This document shows positions 9,475 through 18,300 of a stretch of 64,000 nucleotides of DNA, piece by piece (positions within the stretch are counted from its first letter, which is position 1; each line of letters begins with the position of its first letter). The notes under the pieces are model-generated. The model was not told the DNA's origin. It made no database searches and saw only the letters and a list, made by a program, of their open reading frames with translations. The stretch lies in the NCBI GenBank assembly GCA_963663765.2, contig CAXXUA010000013.1, positions 576,001-640,000 on the forward strand. The letters are read 5' to 3'. The translations under genes were made by a program, and so were the position numbers. This DNA comes from Candidatus Poribacteria bacterium (GTDB taxonomy: Bacteria; Poribacteria; WGA-4E; WGA-3G).

Positions 9475-10374
9475 ATGGACATACTCCAATATACTCCCGA
9501 TATTTTGTCCTCTTTGACACTGTTCTACAATCAGTTGACTACTGACGTACCGCTCTGTTATCCTATAAAAGAAGAAGAATTAGAGATAGCGTTATGTGGA
9601 GTCACCACAGGCAAAGCCAACAAACAAGAAGGTGGACTTGATTCGGAAGCAGCTTATGTCGCAATATCAAAGGATACTGTGAATGCGTTCATCCACGTCG
9701 GTATTGGTCAAATAGGCGATAACAGAGAAGTAGATATCGGTGTCATTCGGTTTCTGGGTTATGAACGCGGGGCACGGCACGCGGGACAAACTGTGCTTGA
9801 AAAGGCTGAGGAATATTTCAAAGCATGTAATGTGTCCCAAATCTGGGCATTCTCACAAGACTGTAAGTATCGTTGCTATCATTTTGAACACGCTTACCTA
9901 TCCGATGCACTTGATCATGTTCAAGCTCTTTTAGGATATAACGGTTACCATCGTAGTGCTGGTGAGGTGTTTTTGGTTTGGGAAAACTACACTGTTACGC
10001 CAACACCAACGGACATACCGGTCACGTTTTCTGTAAAATGGAAGGAGGGGAGAGGAAAACGTCCAAACTGTTCCGTAAAAGCATACTATAATGACAAAAA
10101 GGTCGGTGAGTGTGATTCTGTAAGCGGAGGTGAGTTTTCAAGCCATCCGGAAGCACAAGACTGGCTTCACACAGTTTGGCTCGGAATTGAAGGGGAATTC
10201 CAAGGACAAGGTATTGGGAAATATCTGCTGCAACACACATTACACGAGATGCAAAATGTTGGATACCGGCACGCAGCAATTAGCACAAACTGGGAAAATT
10301 ATCGAGCTTTTCTCTTTTATAGCAACTGTGGTTATAAGGTTGACGATTGGACTTATGAATTGAAAAGGAACTAA
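9475..10374 (+). CDS. GNAT-family N-acetyltransferase (tandem GNAT domains)
   Basis: FQGQGIGKYL acetyl-CoA motif and NYRAFLFY..CGY. Start moved to ATG 9475 so that MDILQYT aligns with the paralog's MEILQYT. Confidence 0.85.
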   Translation: MDILQYTPDILSSLTLFYNQLTTDVPLCYPIKEEELEIALCGVTTGKANKQEGGLDSEAAYVAISKDTVNAFIHVGIGQIGDNREVDIGVIRFLGYERGARHAGQTVLEKAEEYFKACNVSQIWAFSQDCKYRCYHFEHAYLSDALDHVQALLGYNGYHRSAGEVFLVWENYTVTPTPTDIPVTFSVKWKEGRGKRPNCSVKAYYNDKKVGECDSVSGGEFSSHPEAQDWLHTVWLGIEGEFQGQGIGKYLLQHTLHEMQNVGYRHAAISTNWENYRAFLFYSNCGYKVDDWTYELKRN

Positions 10375-10385
10375 CTTAAAAACAC

Positions 10386-11306
10386 ATGGAAATTTTACAA
10401 TATACAACTGACATCCTTACATCCGTAACCGAATTTTACAACCACCTTATCGCAGACGTCCCGCATTGCTATCCTGTAAAGGAGCAAGAACTTGCTGCTG
10501 TATTGAGCGGTGTTACCGGACAATCAGATGATGTTCATGAAGAACTTCATTCACAGGTGGTGTTTGTTGCTAAGAAAAATGGTACTATTCAGGCATTTAT
10601 TCACGCAGCTATGTATGAAGATGAAAATGAAAACAATGAGAAAGAGAACATAGGTATTATTAGGTTTCTTGGTTACAAACGGGGTGAGCGGTTAGCAGGG
10701 CAAACCATGCTTGAAAAAGCTGAAACATACTTTAAGGCTAATAACGTAGCTAATATTCTCGCTTTTTCCAAAATCTATAAATATCGATTCTATCATTTTG
10801 AATACGCACATCTATCAAATACTCTTGATCATATTGAAGCACTGCTTGGATTAAACGGATACGAACGCGGCTATGGACAAGTCTTTTTAGATTGGGAGAA
10901 CTTTTCTGTTACACCAACACCCATAAATCTACCAGTTACAGTTGCTGTAGAATGGAGAGAAGGACGTGGAAAACTACCGAACTGTAACATTACCGCACAC
11001 AAGGATGGTGAAGAAGTTGCCGTGTGTCGGTCTGTTTCTTGTGGTGAGTTTTCAACGCATCCCGATGTGCAGGATTGGGTCTATACAGATTGGCTGGAGG
11101 TTGAAGATGATTTCCAAGGGCAAGGTTTAGGAAAATACCTACTGCAATACTCACTTCACGAGATGCACAAAGTTGGGTACCGACATGCCGCTCTTAGCAC
11201 GAATTGTGATAATCAACTTGCACTCCTCTTTTACAGCAACTTCGGTTACAAAGTCGTTGATTGGACTTACGGTTTTGAAAAAGACCTATTTGAAGGAACA
11301 ATGTGA
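10386..11306 (+). CDS. GNAT-family N-acetyltransferase, tandem paralog
   Basis: FQGQGLGKYL and NQLALLFYSNFGY; colinear with the previous gene over its full length. Confidence 0.87.
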   Translation: MEILQYTTDILTSVTEFYNHLIADVPHCYPVKEQELAAVLSGVTGQSDDVHEELHSQVVFVAKKNGTIQAFIHAAMYEDENENNEKENIGIIRFLGYKRGERLAGQTMLEKAETYFKANNVANILAFSKIYKYRFYHFEYAHLSNTLDHIEALLGLNGYERGYGQVFLDWENFSVTPTPINLPVTVAVEWREGRGKLPNCNITAHKDGEEVAVCRSVSCGEFSTHPDVQDWVYTDWLEVEDDFQGQGLGKYLLQYSLHEMHKVGYRHAALSTNCDNQLALLFYSNFGYKVVDWTYGFEKDLFEGTM

Positions 11307-11339
11307 AGGATAATCTTCACGACTTGATGTGAAAATAGC

Positions 11340-12377
11340 TTAATGTTCAAAGTTCACTTCTTGTAGGACTGCTGATGCTCTCAACGCCATCTCAGTCGTC
11401 GGATCGCGTTTAATGATGCGGTTTAATTGTAGCACTGCGCGATCATCGCCATCTCTCGCTAATTCCAATGCTTCCTCAAATCCTTTATTACTGTAACTGA
11501 AATCTCTTGGAATGACGTTAAGGTCAAAGTCTTTCCAGTAATATTTGAGTTCATTGGATTCCCAATTGCGGTAGACATCTTCCCACTGCAACGAGTTGAA
11601 GATATTCAAGTGCGGTTCCAGCATGTGTTCTGCAATCGGATCATCAACTGCTTGATAACGATTGTCAAGCGACACACGCAGCCGGTCTTCTGTCAAATTT
11701 GGTAATGCTTTATGGATAGTCAATGCGGGGAAGATCAAAGTATCACCAATTTCATAGTCTGTCGTATGCCATTCATCTGACAGTTCATCAGTATTGACGC
11801 ACAGACCGCCAGCACCAAGCGAAAAGTGATGTTCCATGACTCTATCAACTTTATGTGAACCCGGTAGCACTGCTAATCCTCCCAACTCTATCGGACAATC
11901 ACCAACGGGTGCCCAACAGGTATAGGTTTGGAAATTTCCTTGAAAGTGAACGAAGTCTTGATGAATTGGTGTCGTGTGTTCAGTGTATTTCGGATACCAG
12001 AGACGTGCTATCTTCTGCGGATGCGGTATCACCTTTCTTCCGATGATTTTCCCTACCATATCAACGACCTCGGACCAATGACCGGAACGGTGAAATGTTT
12101 CTAACTTATATACTTCATGGTAGACCTCCGTGTATTCGGGATCACCTTCGGTACATTGTGTGGAAACATCAGCAATACCATCCATAGGGTCAGTACCAGC
12201 AACAAGCCAACCGCCTTCTTGCATTGTCGTTAGCATCTCTCGTCGTAATGCCAAGAGTTTGTCAGGGTTCTGTAGCTGCTTAAAGAAAAGATACCCCGCT
12301 TCTGCCATACGTGTGCGTAACTCATCCGGATCGTTCATTGCATCGTTTGATACGCGAAGTTCCTTGAGTTCTTCCAT
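11340..12377 (-). CDS. Phytanoyl-CoA dioxygenase (PhyH)-family Fe(II)/2OG oxygenase
   Basis: TPIHQD HxD motif, WAPVGD, GGLAVLPGSH, distal IHKALPN and RVSLDNRY; RBS AAGGAG. Confidence 0.88.
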   Translation of the reverse strand: MEELKELRVSNDAMNDPDELRTRMAEAGYLFFKQLQNPDKLLALRREMLTTMQEGGWLVAGTDPMDGIADVSTQCTEGDPEYTEVYHEVYKLETFHRSGHWSEVVDMVGKIIGRKVIPHPQKIARLWYPKYTEHTTPIHQDFVHFQGNFQTYTCWAPVGDCPIELGGLAVLPGSHKVDRVMEHHFSLGAGGLCVNTDELSDEWHTTDYEIGDTLIFPALTIHKALPNLTEDRLRVSLDNRYQAVDDPIAEHMLEPHLNIFNSLQWEDVYRNWESNELKYYWKDFDLNVIPRDFSYSNKGFEEALELARDGDDRAVLQLNRIIKRDPTTEMALRASAVLQEVNFEH

Positions 12378-12427
12378 CTGATCTGCTCCTTGAGTCCACT
12401 AAAGTGTGATGTGAGACTATTTATATT

Positions 12428-13051
12428 TTATTGTTTATCTGAGAATTCAGGAAAGATAAATTTCTTTAGGAAAGATGTCCTTGCATAAAAGGCTCTTGAG
12501 GTAGATCCATGTCCACGTCCTTTGGTTCTCGGTTGGACATATACACCCATTCTACCTGTAAGGGCTGAAAAACCTTTAGTACGTATAGTTTCTCTAACTA
12601 AGTCATAATCTAATTTTACTTGATTGTAGACTTCAATGTCATCTAAATTAAAAGTAGTTACACGATGTAAAATGGATCTTTCCTCTTTTTGACTTTCCCA
12701 AATTCTTGCAGCCACAATCATTCGTCTTAACTTGATCAGTAAATGACTTTTTTCAAAATCTGTACGTTCAACATTATAGGAATCAATCATAGTAATAGCC
12801 ATTGTTTCTTTTATCGTCAATTTACCGCTTTTTAAATACTTTAAGGGTATTATTTTCAGTTCCCAAGAACCAAAATTTGGTGATTGAGATGAATTAATTG
12901 GTAATCCTAAATGCCTCTCAAGAACATGCCCTGCCCAACCCTTATTGATCTTTGTACCTTTATTTACAGTTACCTCATGAATATTTGCGAGTTGTCGTAG
13001 ATCTTGATTTACAATTGATGATATTTTTCTGATTGCTTCTTCTCTGTTCAT
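12428..13051 (-). CDS. MutH/Sau3AI-family PD-(D/E)XK endonuclease
   Basis: NKGWAGHVLE..LG, SPNFGSWELKIIPL and QPRTKG align with recalled MutH motifs DKGWIG..LE, EQDF...ELKTIP and QIRPKA. Directly downstream of a methylase. Confidence 0.75.
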   Translation of the reverse strand: MNREEAIRKISSIVNQDLRQLANIHEVTVNKGTKINKGWAGHVLERHLGLPINSSQSPNFGSWELKIIPLKYLKSGKLTIKETMAITMIDSYNVERTDFEKSHLLIKLRRMIVAARIWESQKEERSILHRVTTFNLDDIEVYNQVKLDYDLVRETIRTKGFSALTGRMGVYVQPRTKGRGHGSTSRAFYARTSFLKKFIFPEFSDKQ

Positions 13052-13055
13052 ACTA

Positions 13056-14069
13056 TTACCATTTTTCAGTTATGTCATCTTCAAATAATCTATTCGACAC
13101 TTCATCAATTCGCATTTGGGCAATTTGGTTATATGCATTGTCCTTTTCAATCATTGTCCATTTACGGTTATGCTGATCCGCGACCACCGCTGTTGTTCCC
13201 GACCCAGAGAATGGGTCAAGAATCAGATCGCCCTCGTTTGTTCCAGCTAAAATTACACGATTGACAACTGTCAATGGTTTTTGAGATGGGTGTTTACCAT
13301 GCTTTTTCTCTTTTCGTGGTGTAAGTGGAATTTCCCACATGTTACGCATCTGCTTACCACTGTTCATCGCCTTCATAGTATCATAGTTGAACGTCCAGTT
13401 TTTGGCTTTATTGCTTTCATTGTTGACAGCCCAAATGATAAATTCAGTAGATTCAGTAAACATCCGACAAGTAATGTTCGGCTGTGCGTTAGGTTTATAC
13501 CAAACGAGTTGTGAGATTATCCGTCTATCAAAAATGTTTTGAAGGATGAATCCAATTGTAAAGATACAGTGAAAAGATCCAAAAATGAACAGATTTCCAT
13601 TTGTCTTTAGGACTCTCAACACTTCTCTAATCCAATTTACCGAGAACTGAAAATAATCATCCTTAGAAAAAATATCCCACTGTTCTTGCATCGTGACATG
13701 TGAACTAAATGCCCAACCCAATCCTTTCTTTTTGGACATATTAAACGGCGGGTCTGTGATACAACAATCAAACACACCATCCGGAAAAGTAGGAAGGATT
13801 TCTAAGCAATCACCCGATAGAATCTGATTTATCGGAAGTTTTTTGTATGCTTTACTTAATATAGTTGTTGAATATTCAGAATCTTCAGAGAATGGTTCAT
13901 GTATTTTGTCTTTGGCAATCTCTTCAGCTTCGTTTGTGTTTTTCAATGGATGAATTCCCGTTGTAAGATATTCAATCAATTCCGCTTTCTTTAACGATGA
14001 GTAACCCTTCAATCCTCGTATTTTGAGTTCTTTCTTAAGGTCTATGTTTCGCATTTGGTGTATATTCAT
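13056..14069 (-). CDS. Beta-class N6/N4 DNA methyltransferase (DpnA-like) with a small N-terminal helical domain
   Basis: DPPF (motif IV) precedes DPFSGSGTT (motif I). WYKPNAQPNITCRMFTESTE and GKQMRNMW...GKHPSQKP resemble DpnA. Start 14069 chosen because the TTG at 14153 lies at or upstream of the predicted TSS. Confidence 0.88.
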   Translation of the reverse strand: MNIHQMRNIDLKKELKIRGLKGYSSLKKAELIEYLTTGIHPLKNTNEAEEIAKDKIHEPFSEDSEYSTTILSKAYKKLPINQILSGDCLEILPTFPDGVFDCCITDPPFNMSKKKGLGWAFSSHVTMQEQWDIFSKDDYFQFSVNWIREVLRVLKTNGNLFIFGSFHCIFTIGFILQNIFDRRIISQLVWYKPNAQPNITCRMFTESTEFIIWAVNNESNKAKNWTFNYDTMKAMNSGKQMRNMWEIPLTPRKEKKHGKHPSQKPLTVVNRVILAGTNEGDLILDPFSGSGTTAVVADQHNRKWTMIEKDNAYNQIAQMRIDEVSNRLFEDDITEKW

Positions 14070-14156
14070 TTGTTTGAGTTTGTCCTCATAGAAACTGAGT
14101 TGTAAACAATCTGGTTTTGAACAATGTGTCCAAAATCCTTCTCTGTTGTGCAATTC

Positions 14157-14185
14157 ATTATACCTAAAAACAATAGTTGTGTCAA
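14157..14185 (-). promoter_or_regulatory. Perfect-consensus sigma70 promoter for the methylase-nuclease operon
   Basis: Minus strand TTGACA (14185-14180), 17 bp, TATAAT (14162-14157). Confidence 0.8.
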
Positions 14186-14358
14186 ATTACGGCGGGTGTG
14201 TAACAGTGGTATTTAATTGTCGAATAAACACACATTCTAACATTGGCATCTAAAGGTAGGAACGACTTCCTATTATTGATCGAAAGAAACAATTCTACGA
14301 AAATATTAGAAAAAATGAATTTTATGCAACCTTTTCCATTTTGCAAATGAAACCCCGC

Positions 14359-15360
14359 GGTAGGAGCGACCTCCCGGTCGCGACCGTTTTGATTCATTGT
14401 ATCCTTACGGTCGCGACCAGGAGGTCGCTCCTACCAACGCAGGGGACGGTCGCGACCAGGAGGTCGCTCCTACCAACGCAGGGGACGGTCGCGAGCGGGA
14501 GGTCGCTCCTACCAAGAGGGTATTTTTGATTCATTGTCCCCTTACGGTCGCGACCAGGAGGTCGCTCCTACCAACGCAGGGGACGGTCGCGACCAGGAGG
14601 TCGCTCCTACCAAGAAGGTAATTTTGATTCATTGTATCCTTACGGTCGCGACCAGGAGGTCGCTCCTACCAAGAAGGTAATTTTGATTCATTGTATCCTT
14701 ACGGTCGCGACCAGGAGGTCGCTCCTACCAAGAAGGTAATTTTGATTCATTGTATCCTTACGGTCGCGACCAGGAGGTCGCTCCTACCAAGAGGGTAATG
14801 ATGCATAAAAAACACATTCTGCGTTTTCTGTGTCCTCTGTGATATGGTAAATTATGGAATTAATTACACACCGCGCTGGTAGGAGCGACCTCCCGGTCGC
14901 GACCGTTTTGATTCATTGTATCCTTACGGTCGCGACCAGGAGGTCGCTCCTACCAACGCAGGGGACGGTCGCGACCAGGAGGTCGCTCCTACCAAGAAGG
15001 TAATTTTGATTCATTGTATCCTTACGGTCGCGACCAGGAGGTCGCTCCTACCAACGCAGGGGACGGTCGCGACCAGGAGGTCGCTCCTACCAACGCAGGG
15101 GACGGTCGCGACCAGGAGGTCGCTCCTACCAAGAGGGTAATTTTGATTCATTGTATCCTTACGGTCGCGACCAGGAGGTCGCTCCTACCAACGCAGGGGA
15201 CGGTCGCGACCAGGAGGTCGCTCCTACCAAGAGGGTATTTTTGATTCATTGTATCCTTACGGTCGCGACCGGGAGGTCGCTCCTACCAAGAGGGTATTTT
15301 TGATTCATGGAATTATTTACACACTGCGCTGGTAGGAGCGACCTCCTGGTCGCGACCGTC
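14359..15360. repeat. REP/BIME-like tandem array: 16 copies of a 31-bp unit joined by two spacer types, plus 3 inverted copies
   Basis: Unit acggtcgcgaccaggaggtcgctcctaccaa; spacer A cgcagggg (39-bp period), spacer B ga(a/g)ggta(a/t)ttttgattcattgtatcctt (59-bp period). Two blocks of 8; opposite-orientation REPs at 14359, 14878 and 15331. Confidence 0.92.
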
Positions 15361-15399
15361 CCCGTGAGTATCACTATAAGGGGATAACATCATTTGATA

Positions 15400-18300
15400 C
15401 TATTTCCTAATCAACATCTTCCGTATTTTCGTATAATTCCCCGCATTGAATTTGATGAAATAGACGCCTCCTGCCACCTTCTCACCGAGATTGTTTTTAC
15501 CATCCCAATGCGCAGCACGAGGTCGGCTATAATACACTCCAGCTGCCCGATGTCCCAACGCCAACTCCCTAACGACGACACCACGCACATTGTAGATTGT
15601 GAGTGTGACATCCGATGCTTCGGATAACTTGTAGGGAATCCACGTTTCGGGGTTGAACGGGTTAGGATAGTTTGGTAGAAAGGCAGTTGAATCAGGTATT
15701 TGTAACAGATTGTTCAGCTGTGTAAGACTACTGAGCGGTGGGCTGCCTCTATCTTCGGTAACTTGGATTCTAACGTTGATAGATGTGCTATCATTATCTT
15801 CGCCACTATCATCAGTTGCAATGACAGTTACATTATATCTTGACCAGCCTAACGTTTCGTAGCTTAAGAATACTTCGTTCGTTTGTAATTGTCCGGTGGT
15901 GCTATCAATAATAAACTTTGAAGCATCTGTGCCACCGAGACTATAGGTCAAAGAATCTCCATCAAGGTCAATAGCTGTTACCGGATCGCCAAAGTCTTCA
16001 CCCTTATAAGCAGCATTCTCATTAACAAATCGAGTGGTTGATAATCCATCAGGAAAATATGGAGCAGCATTATTACCATCGATTACAATAATTGGTGATG
16101 ATTCTATAAGTACATAGCCATCATGATGGGAAGGTAGACTGGGGACTCCATCATTTATCACCACAACAGAGCCAGTGCTATCACTGTTACGCGTTACGGT
16201 GAATGTTGAACTGTCTGTTGATCCCTTTGGAATAGTAATACTTGTTACATCTCCACTGATACTTCCGTCCTGTACATATACCGGTAAGTCAATACTAAAA
16301 GGAGCACCGGTTGGAGCAACTGCCTTAACCTCACCACTACTAACTTTCACCAATGATATATTAAGAGGCAGCGGATTAACTTTATTCCTATCCAAATAAA
16401 GTTTTGTGAGACTGGTTAAACCTACAAACGTACCTGCAGGAATAGCAGACAATTCATTATTATCCAATTCAAGTTGTTCCAGATTTGTAAGATTCTTAAA
16501 GATTTCATCTGGTAATGTGCTGATTTTATTTGATTGAAGATCAAGTGTTGTCAGTGCTGTGAGGTTGTCAAAAACACCATCTGGAAGACTAGTTAACGGA
16601 CCATTCTTGAGTTCAAGTGTCTTAAGTGAAGTCAGATTGTCAAAGACAGCACCAGATATCGTTCCGAGCTCGTGCCAAATCAAGCCCAGGTATGTTAAAT
16701 TTGTGAGATTGTCAAAAATGCCATCTGGAAGTGTTGTTAAATCGTTATGAGACAAGTTGAGTGTTGTCAAACTGGTAAGATTGTCAAAAATGCCATCTGG
16801 AAGTGTTGTTAATTTGTTTCCAACCAAGTTGAGTCCTGTCAAACTCGTGAGACCGTCAAAATCACCAGATTTTAGACCATTTGTCCGTATATCATCACGT
16901 CCAATTAGATCTATTGCTCCTGTAATCGCTAAAAGATGGTCACTTGTAACAGCAGCAGCGTCGTCAACACCGGATACCTTTGCGACAATTGCGTCTCGTA
17001 CCGATGCTGTTCGTTCACTGACAGGGGTTATACTTGTGTTAACATCTCTGAATACGGTAAGCGAATTCTCTTTTGTAAAACTATAGCCCTCGTGTCCTGA
17101 AGGTAAGTCGGGCAGATCCCCGAAAGCTGCAGTGACAGCGGTAGTCGTCCCCATAGTACGAATAATAGTGATCGTCTCGCTATTTGTTGCACCTGCGGCT
17201 ATTGTAACACCAGTCCCACCACCGCTTATACTTCCATTCGTAACAGTGATAGGAAAGTCGAATTCAAAGGGTAAGCCTATCGGAGCAACTACCTTAATCT
17301 TACCGATAGAAACAAATTGTAATATTAAATTGATGGATAACGGATCCACCGTATTACCCCCTAATTTAAGTTCCGTGATATTGGTTAAACCTTCAAATGT
17401 ACCTGTAGGAACAGCAGACAAATCATTACCATCCAATTCAAGGGTTTCCAGATTTGTAAGATTCTGAAAAATCCCCACAGGTAATACGTTGATGTCATTG
17501 CTATCCAAGTCAAGTGTTGTCAGTGCTGTCAGGTTGTCAAAAATGCCTGCTGGAAGACTTGTTAAAGACGCACTCTCAAGTTCAAGACTTTCAAGAGAAG
17601 TTAGATTGTCAATGACATTATTCCCTAACGTTTGAATGTTGTTTGAATTTAAGTTGAGATGCGTCAAACTGGTAAGATCCGAAAAAATACCAGTTGGAGG
17701 TGTATTTAAATTGTTGCCAGACAAGTTAAGACCGGTCAAACTCGTGAGACCGTGAAAATCACCAGATTTGATCCCATTTGACTGTAAATTGCTATTAGAA
17801 CTTAGGTCTAATGTTCCAGTAATCGCTGCAAGATGCGTTACTGTAACATCCGCTGCATCGGTAACGCCAGATACCTTTGCGACAATAGCATCACGAACTG
17901 CTGCTGTTCGGTCACTCACAGGGGTTATATTTGTGTTTACTCCTGTGGATATCGTGAGTGAATCTCCTTTTATAAGACTATAACCCTGGTGTCCTGAAGG
18001 TAGCGAGGGCATATCTCCAAAAGCCACAACGACATCGTTCGCAGCACTCCCAGCACGAGTTACCGTTATAGTCTCACTTTCTGTCGCACCTGTTGGTATC
18101 GTTACACCCGTTGCACCCCCACTGATAATGCCATTCGTAACAATAATAGGAAGTTCCAATTCAAAGGGTGCGCCTATCGGAGCAACCGCTTTAATGTTAC
18201 CTCCTGGAACTGTCACAAAATCTATATTGATAGGCAGTGGTTCAACTGCGTTATCATATAAATAGAGTTCTTTTATATTGGTTAAACCGGCAAACGTTCC

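Noticed and set aside
14341-15244. Short repetitive ORFs (VATRRSLLPT / GRDQEVAPT)
   Set aside because: Translations of the REP array; no RBS or coding signal.
14359-15360. CRISPR array
   Set aside because: Spacers are only two recurring sequences (8 and 28 bp), repeats occur in both orientations and start with GTAG like REPs, and no cas genes are present.
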